Assembly (NCBI GenBank): GCA_964526505.1
Contig: CAZGJC010000005.1
Coordinates: 1 to 61,663 of the forward strand
Direction of reading: 5' to 3'
DNA from: an uncultured Clostridium sp.
GTDB lineage: Bacteria > Bacillota > Clostridia > Oscillospirales > CAG-272
DNA length: 61,663 bases
The notes below the pieces were generated by a model that saw only the letters and a list, made by a program, of their open reading frames with translations, did no database searches and was not told where the DNA came from. Shown here piece after piece: positions 49,916 to 59,069 of the stretch (within the stretch, counting starts at the first letter, position 1; every line of letters starts with the position of its first letter). The translations under genes and the position numbers were made by a program.

Positions 49916-52507
49916 ATGAAAACAAGAATTTTATCTTTAATTCTTTGTATTGCATTGTGCCTTGGTACGGTAGCGATTTTCGCCTCCTGTTCTAAGGAAA
50001 AGAACAATGATGACAATGGAACAACAAAGCCTGATGCCCTTGTTATAATGACAGAAGAACTCGACGGCTTGTTTAATCCATTCTATTCAACGTCGGCAAA
50101 CGATGCTACAATCGTAGGTATGACTCAAATCAGTATGATAACAACCGGTTATAAGAACGGTGAGGTTGTTGAATCTTATGGCGACGATCAGGCAACTGTC
50201 GTTAAAGATCTTATTTCATCATATGATTCGGCTACTGACAAAACAACTTATACTTTTGTTATAAAGAACGGCATAAAGTTCTCTGACGGCAAGCCCCTTA
50301 CGATGAACGACGTACTCTTCAACATGTATGTTTATCTTGACCCTGCATATGCAGGTTCGTCCACTATGTACTCTGTTGACATTGTAGGTCTCCAACAGTA
50401 CAGAACACAAAAAGAGACTTCCGGTTCCAACGATTCGAGCAGTGCCATTTCTCAAACCGCTCAAAACCGTGCACAGGACCGTATAAACGAACTTATTAAC
50501 GCATACAAAACAGTTCTTAAAAACACAAAAGAAACAAGCATCTCCGAGAGCGATATGAAATCGTTCCTCAAAACGTGGTCTGTTTCAAGTGGTTACAAAG
50601 CCGCTGTTGCTCTTAAAGCAGATCAAGGCTCTGTAAACTCCGATAACTTAATCGCCGACTACGAAAAGGTTTGCGAAACTTTCCGCAATGAACTTACAAA
50701 TGACGCAAACGGTGCACTTGAAAATTACACCGCAGACGTTTATAAGAATTACGAAGCGGCAAATAACTTCAAATTTGACGAAGTAAGTGCATTTATGGCA
50801 CTCGAAGGCTATGTAAGTATCGAATACGAGAAAGTCAACGGAAAAACCGATTATAATACAATAAAAAATATTACTCTCAACTATAATAAAGACCAAATAA
50901 CAACAGTTGAGAAGGCTATTAACTTTGTATACAAAGACAAAATTGAAAGCAGTTTGGAAGAAATTCTTACGTACTATCAGACCGCTTCCGACATCTTGAC
51001 AGACTTCACATCCAAAGCAACAGAAATCGTTCTTAAAGAAAATCTTAAAGACGGACAACTTGCAATTCCGAATATCTCCGGTATAGTTTCTCTCGGTCAC
51101 ACAACAGATATCGCCGAGGTTAAGGCAACAAACGGCACATACAAAGTTGCTCACAGCCATAACGCTGACGGAACAGTTGTAAACTCCGATGAATACGATA
51201 TTCTTCAAATCACAATCAATGGTATAGACCCCAAAGCAATATGGAGTTTTGCTTTTGCAGTTGCTCCCCAGCACTACTATGCAAAGGGATATGATGTAGA
51301 TATCGCCAATAACAAGTTTGGTGTTGAATGGGCATCTTATGAATTTATGACCAACGTAATTCAAAATCCCGAAGTTACCAAAGTTCCCATGGGTGCAGGT
51401 GCTTATATGGCAACAAATAGTTCCAATAGCGATACTCCCGCAGGAAACGAATTCTATTCAAACAACGTCGTTTACTTCAAAGCAAACAACAACTTCCTTC
51501 TCGGTCAACCTAAAACAGAAAAAATACGTTACCAAGTAGTAAGTTCCTCGAACGCACTCAATGCTCTTCAATCCGGCTCCGTTCATTTTGTTTCCCCTCA
51601 ACTTACAGATAACAATATGGAAAAGATTGAAGCACTCAAAGATAAGGGCGTAAAGAGCGTATTTACAGACCAATTGGGTTACGGTTATATCGGTATTAAC
51701 GCAGGTAAAATCCCCAATATAAACATTCGTAAGGCTATTATGACTGCCATGGATACAAGCCGTTCACTTGATTACTACCGTTCAGGTACTGCTTCAAGAA
51801 TCTACTGGCCTATGTCTAAGGTAAGCTGGGCATATCCCACCGGCAGTTCCGCTATGGATAACGGTCATTCCTATCCCGCCATTAACTTCCAAGAAGAATC
51901 TGCCAAAACGGCAATCAAGGAATATATGAGAGAAGCGGGTGTTTCCGCAGGCGATTCCAGTCTTAAAATAACATTTACAATTGCAGGTTCCAACTTGACA
52001 GAACACCCTGTATACAGCGTATTCCTCAATGCCGCTCAAATCCTTAATGATTGTGGCTGGAACGTAGAGGTTGTAGCAGATACTCAGGCACTTACAAAAC
52101 TTGCAACAGGTTCTCTTGCTGTATGGGCGGCCGCTTGGGGTTCAACAGTTGACCCTGACCTTTACCAGGTATATCACAAAAATTCTTCCGCAACAAGCAC
52201 ACTTGCTTGGGGTTACCGTGAAATTCTCAATAACCCCACAAAGTACTCGGAAGAAAATGCAATAATTTCCGACCTCAGTGATCTTATCGACCAGGCTCGT
52301 GAAACAGATGACAGAGCGGAACGTACTCAAATTTACGAAGAAGCAATGAAACTCATTCTCGACCTTGCAGTTGAACTTCCCGTTTACCAGAGAAGTGTGC
52401 TTTATGCATATGACACAACTGTAATCAAAGAATCCTCGCTTCCTTCTGAAATTAACCCCTACACCTCTCCCCTTGAAAGAATTTGGGAAATCGAACTTGT
52501 AGGATAA
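49916..52507 (+). CDS. oppA: family 5 (oligopeptide-type) ABC substrate-binding lipoprotein, unusually long
   Basis: Lipobox FAS-C; LDGLFNPFY, IKFSDGKPLT..DVLF, PMGAGAY, IRKAI, ELPVYQR; 863 aa. Confidence 0.88.
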   Translation: MKTRILSLILCIALCLGTVAIFASCSKEKNNDDNGTTKPDALVIMTEELDGLFNPFYSTSANDATIVGMTQISMITTGYKNGEVVESYGDDQATVVKDLISSYDSATDKTTYTFVIKNGIKFSDGKPLTMNDVLFNMYVYLDPAYAGSSTMYSVDIVGLQQYRTQKETSGSNDSSSAISQTAQNRAQDRINELINAYKTVLKNTKETSISESDMKSFLKTWSVSSGYKAAVALKADQGSVNSDNLIADYEKVCETFRNELTNDANGALENYTADVYKNYEAANNFKFDEVSAFMALEGYVSIEYEKVNGKTDYNTIKNITLNYNKDQITTVEKAINFVYKDKIESSLEEILTYYQTASDILTDFTSKATEIVLKENLKDGQLAIPNISGIVSLGHTTDIAEVKATNGTYKVAHSHNADGTVVNSDEYDILQITINGIDPKAIWSFAFAVAPQHYYAKGYDVDIANNKFGVEWASYEFMTNVIQNPEVTKVPMGAGAYMATNSSNSDTPAGNEFYSNNVVYFKANNNFLLGQPKTEKIRYQVVSSSNALNALQSGSVHFVSPQLTDNNMEKIEALKDKGVKSVFTDQLGYGYIGINAGKIPNINIRKAIMTAMDTSRSLDYYRSGTASRIYWPMSKVSWAYPTGSSAMDNGHSYPAINFQEESAKTAIKEYMREAGVSAGDSSLKITFTIAGSNLTEHPVYSVFLNAAQILNDCGWNVEVVADTQALTKLATGSLAVWAAAWGSTVDPDLYQVYHKNSSATSTLAWGYREILNNPTKYSEENAIISDLSDLIDQARETDDRAERTQIYEEAMKLILDLAVELPVYQRSVLYAYDTTVIKESSLPSEINPYTSPLERIWEIELVG

Positions 52508-52525
52508 GAAAGACAGAGGTTATTT

Positions 52526-53518
52526 ATGCTTAAGTATATACTGAAAAGACTTGGATTATCAATCCTGATTCTTCTCGGTGTTTCGCTTATCATATACATC
52601 CTTATTCGTTGCATGCCCGTAAGTTTTATTGATGAAAAGATTGCGGCTATAAACCAAGGTGGAGCAACTGTTCCGCAGGAAAATATAGACAATCTGAAAA
52701 AAGCTTACGGGCTTGAGGATGACAGTTTCCTCGGCATAATCAAAGGATATGGAAATTGGCTTGTTAAATTGTGCAAACTCGATTTCGGAACAAGTTTTAA
52801 ATACGGAATTCCCGTCGTTGACGTTATCAAGAACAACATGGGAGTTTCGTTCCTAATTGCACTTATAGCCACAATTTTTGAATTTATGATAGCGATTCCG
52901 TTGGGAATCACTGCGGCAACGCATCAATATTCCATAAGAGACTACGTTGTTACCGTTCTTGTTATGATAGGTATTTCCCTGCCGTCGTTCTTCTTTGGAC
53001 AAGTACTTAAAAATTTGTTTGCAATGAAACTCGGCTGGTTCCCGCCATCAGGATGGATAGATGCGTCTATGGACCTTTCATTTTTCGGACGCATTTTAGA
53101 CGTTGCCAAACATGCAGTGCTTCCTATATTAACGGTTGTAATCCTCAGTATAGGCGGACGAATGAGAATGACACGTACAAATATGTTGGAAGTTATGAAC
53201 TCTGACTATATACGTACAGCACGTGCTAAGGGTCTTAAAGAAAAAACGGTCATTTACAAACACGCTTTCAGAAACACCCTTATTCCGCTTGTAACTTCAC
53301 TTGCGGGATTGCTCCCATCACTTTTCTCAGGTTCGATTATTACCGAGCAGGTATTTGACCTCCCCGGTATAGGTAACATCGCACTTAAAGCAATGTCTGC
53401 CGGTGATATTCCATTCATTATGGGATATAATATGTTCTTGGCACTTCTCAGCGTCATAGGCGTTCTTCTTTCTGACCTTATGTATGCGGTTGTTGACCCC
53501 AGAGTTAAACTTTCATAA
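52526..53518 (+). CDS. oppB: oligopeptide ABC permease
   Basis: MLKYILKRL, DFGTS, DYIRTARAKGL, KHAFRN, DPRVK. Confidence 0.93.
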   Translation: MLKYILKRLGLSILILLGVSLIIYILIRCMPVSFIDEKIAAINQGGATVPQENIDNLKKAYGLEDDSFLGIIKGYGNWLVKLCKLDFGTSFKYGIPVVDVIKNNMGVSFLIALIATIFEFMIAIPLGITAATHQYSIRDYVVTVLVMIGISLPSFFFGQVLKNLFAMKLGWFPPSGWIDASMDLSFFGRILDVAKHAVLPILTVVILSIGGRMRMTRTNMLEVMNSDYIRTARAKGLKEKTVIYKHAFRNTLIPLVTSLAGLLPSLFSGSIITEQVFDLPGIGNIALKAMSAGDIPFIMGYNMFLALLSVIGVLLSDLMYAVVDPRVKLS

Positions 53519-53532
53519 GGAGGGACGTTTAT

Positions 53533-54624
53533 ATGCATAATAATGAAAAAATCGAAGATATGACTGAATTCGATACTGTTCCTTCCTCAGCCGAGAGCGA
53601 AGAAGAGGTAATTGAGGAGGAGGTACACGAAAGAAACGTTAAATTTATGTCACCAATGCAAATGGTACTCAGACGTTTTTTCCGTTCCAAACTCTCAATT
53701 GTAGGACTTGTTCTTATTGTCGGATTGTTTATTTTCTGTTGGGTAGGACCTCTGTTTTATAACAAATGGCAACCCACACAAATAGATAACAGCGGAAAAG
53801 TAAAAGTTGAAACTCCCGTTCAAATCGAATACACAGATGAAAACGGTGAAGAACATACATTTTATAAAGTTACAGAGGTTAAAGAGACAACCAATTCATT
53901 GGCAGAACCGAGTTGGGAACATCCTCTCGGAACCGATAAAATAGGTCGTGATGTGCTTGCACGTGTTATGGCAGGCGGTAAGGTTTCTTTGACCATAAGT
54001 TTCCTGTCGGTATTCGTTATAACCATTTTAGGCGTTATTTTTGGCGGTATTGCAGGTTATTTCGGCGGAGTCGTTGACAACGTTATAATGAGACTTTGCG
54101 ACATATTGATGTGTCTCCCCGGCTTCCCTATACTCTTGATTGTCGGTACGGTTCTTCAAAATGAGAGTCTCGGAATAGCATCGCAACACCGTATTTATTT
54201 CCTTATGGGATTCTTAACAATCATATCTTGGTCCGGTACAGCAAGACTTGTACGAGGTCAAATTCTTTCACTACGTGAACAAGAATACATGGTTGCGGCG
54301 GAAGCAATGGGATATTCCACGGGACGTAAAATATTCAAACACCTTGTACCTAACGTAATGCCTCAACTTATTGTTCAGATGACATTAAGTCTTGGAAGTA
54401 TGATTCTTTATGAGGCTTCCCTTTCCTACCTTGGTCTCGGAGCACCCGAGCAACATGCGGCATGGGGTACGATGATAAATATTGTTACAGAAGACCCCAA
54501 CATTCTTGAAAACTACTTTAATATATGGGGACCTCCCGGAATCTGTATAATTCTCGCCGTTTTAGGATTTAACTTTATAGGCGACGGATTGAGAGATGCC
54601 CTTGACCCCAAGATGAGGAGGTAA
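53533..54624 (+). CDS. oppC: oligopeptide ABC permease
   Basis: HPLGTDKIGRD, ARLVRGQ.LSLREQEY..AA, GDGLRDALDPK. Confidence 0.93.
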   Translation: MHNNEKIEDMTEFDTVPSSAESEEEVIEEEVHERNVKFMSPMQMVLRRFFRSKLSIVGLVLIVGLFIFCWVGPLFYNKWQPTQIDNSGKVKVETPVQIEYTDENGEEHTFYKVTEVKETTNSLAEPSWEHPLGTDKIGRDVLARVMAGGKVSLTISFLSVFVITILGVIFGGIAGYFGGVVDNVIMRLCDILMCLPGFPILLIVGTVLQNESLGIASQHRIYFLMGFLTIISWSGTARLVRGQILSLREQEYMVAAEAMGYSTGRKIFKHLVPNVMPQLIVQMTLSLGSMILYEASLSYLGLGAPEQHAAWGTMINIVTEDPNILENYFNIWGPPGICIILAVLGFNFIGDGLRDALDPKMRR

Positions 54625-54627
54625 CCG

Positions 54628-55911
54628 ATGAGTAAAGAAAAAAAATCATCAAATAAAAATTATCTTTCGGGCAAAGAAATACGTGCCATTGCAAAAGAAA
54701 ACAGAAAGGCGATGAACGCCCTTGAAAAACGTAAGTATCGCAAGGCTGATGAAAGCGAATTTACCACGCAAATGCACGATAATAACAATATCCTTGAAAT
54801 TGAAGATTTAAATACATACTTCTTCACGGATCAAGGAGTTGTTAAAGCCGTAAACGGCGTTTCATTTGAAGTTCCGCAAAATGCTACCGTTGGAATAGTC
54901 GGTGAATCGGGTTGCGGAAAATCCGTTACCAGTATGTCAGTTATGCGACTTGTTCAAGGTCCTCAGGGACAAATCGTTTCGGGTCACATAAGATTTAAGT
55001 CACTTGATTTTTGCCGTGATGCAAAAGGCAATCCAATTCCCTTGTACGTAAAAAACGATAATGGAGAATTCGTTCTCGATGAAAACGGGAATAAAATTCA
55101 ACAAGTTGACGAGAGCGGTGTTGTTCAATATGAAATGGAAGAAAAAGTTTTTGATATTGCAGATATGCCGATGAATGAAATTCACCGCATACGTGGAAGA
55201 CAAATATCAATGATATTCCAAGAACCGATGACTTCTCTCAATCCTATATTCACAATAGGAGATCAACTTGATGAAGTTACGTTTATTCACAATCCCGGTG
55301 CAACAAAGGAAATGGCAAAACAGCGTTCCCTTGATATGCTCGGTCTTGTTGGAATAGCGGCACCGGAACGTGTATATAACTCTTATCCTCACGAACTTTC
55401 GGGCGGTATGAGACAGCGTGTTATGATTTCAATGGCACTTGCTTGTAATCCACGTCTTATAGTTGCAGATGAGCCTACGACCGCTCTTGACGTTACAATT
55501 CAGGCACAGATACTTGATTTGTTCCGTGATATCAAAACAAAAATAAACGGATCCATAATGCTTATAACTCACGACCTCGGTATAATTGCCGAAATGGCTG
55601 ATTATGTTGTTGTAATGTATGCGGGAAGAGTTATAGAACGAGGTACAGTTCAGGAAATATTCCACAATCCCCTTCACCCTTATACGATCGGATTGCAAAA
55701 ATCAAAACCCACCATGGATCTTGATGACGATACACTTTTCAATATTCCCGGCAACGTGCCAAACCCTGTAAATATGCCTAATCACTGTTTCTTCAAAGAA
55801 AGATGTTCTATGTGCAAGAAAAAATGTTCAGGCGACTACCCGGGCATGGTACAGGTAAGCCCTACACATTTTGTGGCTTGCCATTTATACAGTCCGGACG
55901 AGGAGGTTTAA
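54628..55911 (+). CDS. oppD: oligopeptide ABC ATPase with an N-terminal extension and an internal insertion
   Basis: GESGCGKS, FQEPMTSLNP, LSGGMRQR, DEPTTALD, C-terminal Cys-rich oligo_HPY-type tail. Confidence 0.93.
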   Translation: MSKEKKSSNKNYLSGKEIRAIAKENRKAMNALEKRKYRKADESEFTTQMHDNNNILEIEDLNTYFFTDQGVVKAVNGVSFEVPQNATVGIVGESGCGKSVTSMSVMRLVQGPQGQIVSGHIRFKSLDFCRDAKGNPIPLYVKNDNGEFVLDENGNKIQQVDESGVVQYEMEEKVFDIADMPMNEIHRIRGRQISMIFQEPMTSLNPIFTIGDQLDEVTFIHNPGATKEMAKQRSLDMLGLVGIAAPERVYNSYPHELSGGMRQRVMISMALACNPRLIVADEPTTALDVTIQAQILDLFRDIKTKINGSIMLITHDLGIIAEMADYVVVMYAGRVIERGTVQEIFHNPLHPYTIGLQKSKPTMDLDDDTLFNIPGNVPNPVNMPNHCFFKERCSMCKKKCSGDYPGMVQVSPTHFVACHLYSPDEEV

Positions 55912-55912
55912 T

Positions 55913-57019
55913 ATGGAAGAAAAATTGAATGAAGTCAATATTTCCGAAGAAACCTCTTCGGAAATATATGACGATGAAAAAGAAGCGATTAAGGAAAAGG
56001 AAATTCGCCAATTGGCAATTGAAGAAGATCTTGCTCGTCCATATGACAGCGAAGCACTTCTGGAAGTAAGACATCTTCGAAAATGTTTCCCTATATCTAA
56101 GTCAATAACAGGTAAAGTTTTACAGGAACTCATCGCCGTAGATGACGTTTCATTTAAACTCAAACCCGGAGAAACACTTGGTATAGTAGGAGAATCCGGT
56201 TGCGGAAAAACCACAATGGGAAGAACAATATTGAAACTTCACCCTTCAAGTGGCGGACAAATCATATTTGACGGAAAAGATATTACAAATTATAAACCTT
56301 CGCAAATGCGTGACATTCGCACTAAAATGCAAATAATTTTCCAAGACCCCTACTCTTCTCTTCCCCCAAGAAGTACGATAGGAGATATTCTTTCCGAGCC
56401 TGTAAAGGTTCATAATATCGTACCTCGTTCGGAAGTTAAGGATTATGTAATGGACCTTATGGAAAAATGCGGTCTCCGTGATTATTACTATGAGAGATAT
56501 CCGCACGAGTTTTCAGGTGGTCAGCGTCAAAGAATTTGTATCGCACGTGCATTATCCGTAAATCCCAAACTTGTGGTTTGCGACGAACCGGTATCCGCAC
56601 TTGATGTTTCTATTCAGGCACAGATAATTAACCTTTTGAAAGAACTTCAAAAATCCATGAATCTAACTTATCTGTTTATTTCTCACGACCTGTCGGTTGT
56701 AAAATTCATATCGGATAAGATAGGCGTTATGTATCTCGGCTCAATGGTAGAATTCGGAAGCAAGAAAGAGATTTTCTCTAATCCCTTGCATCCGTACACA
56801 AAAGCTTTGTTCTCTGCCATCCCAAATCCCAATCCAGATGTCAAGATGAATAGAATCGTTCTTTCAGGTGATATTCCGTCTCCGGCTAATCCTCCCAAAG
56901 GATGTCGTTTCCATACAAGATGTCCTCACGCAAAAGAAATTTGCAAGCATGTATGTCCGAAATATAAAGAATATGAGCCTGGACATTTTGCCGCTTGTCA
57001 CCTTTACTCTCAGGATTAA
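55913..57019 (+). CDS. oppF: oligopeptide ABC ATPase
   Basis: GESGCGKT, FQDPYSSL, YPHEFSGGQRQR, HPYT, GCRFHTRC; start at 55913 (AGGAGG RBS). Confidence 0.93.
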   Translation: MEEKLNEVNISEETSSEIYDDEKEAIKEKEIRQLAIEEDLARPYDSEALLEVRHLRKCFPISKSITGKVLQELIAVDDVSFKLKPGETLGIVGESGCGKTTMGRTILKLHPSSGGQIIFDGKDITNYKPSQMRDIRTKMQIIFQDPYSSLPPRSTIGDILSEPVKVHNIVPRSEVKDYVMDLMEKCGLRDYYYERYPHEFSGGQRQRICIARALSVNPKLVVCDEPVSALDVSIQAQIINLLKELQKSMNLTYLFISHDLSVVKFISDKIGVMYLGSMVEFGSKKEIFSNPLHPYTKALFSAIPNPNPDVKMNRIVLSGDIPSPANPPKGCRFHTRCPHAKEICKHVCPKYKEYEPGHFAACHLYSQD

Positions 57020-57021
57020 CC

Positions 57022-57339
57022 ATGAGCAAGGATAATAAGAAGAAGAAAAAAAAGAAAGTCAAAACCGTCTATATAGATGACGGCTCAACAATATCCGATA
57101 TGTCAGGGATTAGCGATGCACGCTTGCATGCCTTCGGGTCTCGCCCTCAATCCAAGAAAAATTATAACAAAGATAACGACAAATATATCGGAGCCACTCA
57201 TACGGGAAATAAGTTTAAAGATTCGTGGCGAACCTATTTTAAAGCAGTAAGACAGATGATTATTCCAATGCTGGTAACGATCGCCATAATATCTGTTACG
57301 TTCCTTATTTTGTGGATTTTACTGACTATTGCTTCATAA
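57022..57339 (+). CDS. small basic membrane protein with a C-terminal TM, last gene of the protease-opp operon
   Basis: ATG 2 nt after the oppF stop; poly-Lys, YIDDGSTISDMSG motif, C-terminal hydrophobic helix; followed by a terminator. Confidence 0.75.
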   Translation: MSKDNKKKKKKKVKTVYIDDGSTISDMSGISDARLHAFGSRPQSKKNYNKDNDKYIGATHTGNKFKDSWRTYFKAVRQMIIPMLVTIAIISVTFLILWILLTIAS

Positions 57340-57347
57340 AAAAGTTT

Positions 57348-57375
57348 AAGAGGACTGAATTTCAGTCCTCTTTTT
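57348..57375 (+). terminator. intrinsic terminator ending the protease-opp operon
   Basis: AAGAGGACTGAA-T-TTCAGTCCTCTTTTT. Confidence 0.88.
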
Positions 57376-57397
57376 GTATCAAAATTTAATAAAACAG

Positions 57398-57426
57398 TTG
57401 CATAATCAAGAACTATCTGTTATAAT
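57398..57426 (+). promoter_or_regulatory. sigma-A promoter for the AraC gene
   Basis: TTGCAT-17bp-TATAAT with an extended TG. Confidence 0.8.
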
Positions 57427-57458
57427 TTCACTATAATCCTAACATTCGGAGATGTTGT

Positions 57459-58262
57459 ATGAAAATAGCCTACGAAAAAAGAACAGAAACAATTGAAGTG
57501 TTTGAAACACCTATGCTATCAGATCTTCCGCATATTCATAATGAAATCGAAATTATATATGTAGAAAAAGGAAAAGCAGTGGCATATGCAGACCAAAATT
57601 GTATGGAAATAAAAACAAATAATATTTTCATTGCCTTTCCCAATCAAGTTCACTACTATAAAAATTGTTCTCACGGCAAATACTGTGTTTTGATAATCTC
57701 CCCCGAGTTAATTTACGGTCAAAAAAATATTCTTTGTAATAATGTGCCGGAAATCAACATAATTTCAAATGAAAATAATCTCGGAGAACTTATAATAAAC
57801 GCCTGCAAATCATATAAAGAAAAAAGAGTGACTGAAAGCGTTGGGTACCTAAATCTGCTTATGGGCAGAGTAATAAACAGGCTTACGTTGCTCCCGTCAA
57901 TCCAAACAGATAATTCAACGCTTAGAAGCATTCTTGAATATTGCTCGGAACATTTTACAGAAAATCTATGTTTGGATAATTTGGCACATGACCTCCATTT
58001 AAGTAAATACTACATATCGAGATTGCTAAACAACAAACTCAATCTCGGATTCAATGATTACATAAATATGTTACGAGTCCGTTTGGCATGCGAAATGTTG
58101 CTCGAAAGCAACAAAAAAATAGCCGACATCTCGGAAGATGTCGGCTTTGGAACCATCAGATCAATGAATCGCTCTTTCAAACAAATTATGAATATGACTC
58201 CATTCGAATATAAAAACCTAAATTCAAGTGTTAAAAATCTTAAAGAGACTTCAAATACTTAA
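57459..58262 (+). CDS. AraC family transcriptional regulator (cupin sensor plus double HTH)
   Basis: PHIHNEIE..FPNQVH cupin; LSKYYISRL, ISEDVGFGTIRSMNRSFK..MTPFEYK. Confidence 0.95.
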   Translation: MKIAYEKRTETIEVFETPMLSDLPHIHNEIEIIYVEKGKAVAYADQNCMEIKTNNIFIAFPNQVHYYKNCSHGKYCVLIISPELIYGQKNILCNNVPEINIISNENNLGELIINACKSYKEKRVTESVGYLNLLMGRVINRLTLLPSIQTDNSTLRSILEYCSEHFTENLCLDNLAHDLHLSKYYISRLLNNKLNLGFNDYINMLRVRLACEMLLESNKKIADISEDVGFGTIRSMNRSFKQIMNMTPFEYKNLNSSVKNLKETSNT

Positions 58263-59052
58263 CGCTCATTTCGGCACATTCGGTGGCTGTCTTGTTAAGA
58301 CAAGGTAAATCTTGCTCAACAACAACCCATTTAACACCTACTTCTCTGCAAGCATCAAGTATCTTGGGAAAGTCTTGGACTCCTTGTCCAACAGACCTGA
58401 AATCGAATTTCGTTGCATCGTTATGACCTTCCGTTCCATCTTCACCGATTAAACCATACATATTTGCACTTTTGCTTCCAACGTAGTCCTTTAAGTGTAC
58501 TATCTCTGTTCTGTCAGCATACTTGCGAATATATTCCGACGGTTCAACACCGCCAACTTTTGCCCAACAGGTGTCGATTTGTGTCATAAGAGCATCAGAA
58601 GGAACAGACGCATAAAGCAAATCCAATTTATTCTCACCATTTATTTTTTCAAATTCAAAATCGTGATTGTGATAGCAAAGTTTCATACCGTGTCTTTTGG
58701 CAAGTTCTGCAAACTTTTTTATATTTTCAATAAATTCTGCATTTTTCTCACCACCTGGAAGATATTCTTCTCCAATCCACGGGATAACTATGTACTTGCA
58801 ACCAATCTCGGAGTAATTACTAAACGTCTCTTCCCCAAGTAAAAGTTCCGGATACGAAACGTGTGCGGAAATAGGTATCAGACCCATTTCTTCACACATT
58901 TTTTTCACTTCCGATACGGAGTGTCCGCCGAGTCCGGCGAATTCACAACCATCATAACCCATGTTTTTTACTTTTTTCAAAGTGCCTTCGAAATCTGTCG
59001 CCATCTCATCTCTGACAGAATAAAGTTGTAATGCAACGGGGATATCTTTCAT
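58240..59052 (-). CDS. sugar phosphate isomerase/epimerase-like TIM-barrel protein (AP_endonuc_2)
   Basis: LQLYSVRD, GYDGCEFAG, YHNHDFEF, DTCW, HLKD, VEQD; start at 59052 (GGAGG RBS). Confidence 0.9.
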   Translation of the reverse strand: MKDIPVALQLYSVRDEMATDFEGTLKKVKNMGYDGCEFAGLGGHSVSEVKKMCEEMGLIPISAHVSYPELLLGEETFSNYSEIGCKYIVIPWIGEEYLPGGEKNAEFIENIKKFAELAKRHGMKLCYHNHDFEFEKINGENKLDLLYASVPSDALMTQIDTCWAKVGGVEPSEYIRKYADRTEIVHLKDYVGSKSANMYGLIGEDGTEGHNDATKFDFRSVGQGVQDFPKILDACREVGVKWVVVEQDLPCLNKTATECAEMSVKYLKSL

Positions 59053-59069
59053 TTCTTTTTCCTCCAAAA

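Noticed and set aside
50648-51364. 238-aa minus-strand ORF, and the many other 60-210 aa overlapping ORFs in the track
   Set aside because: Antisense or off-frame shadows of confident genes, with composition explained by the codon bias of the opposite strand.
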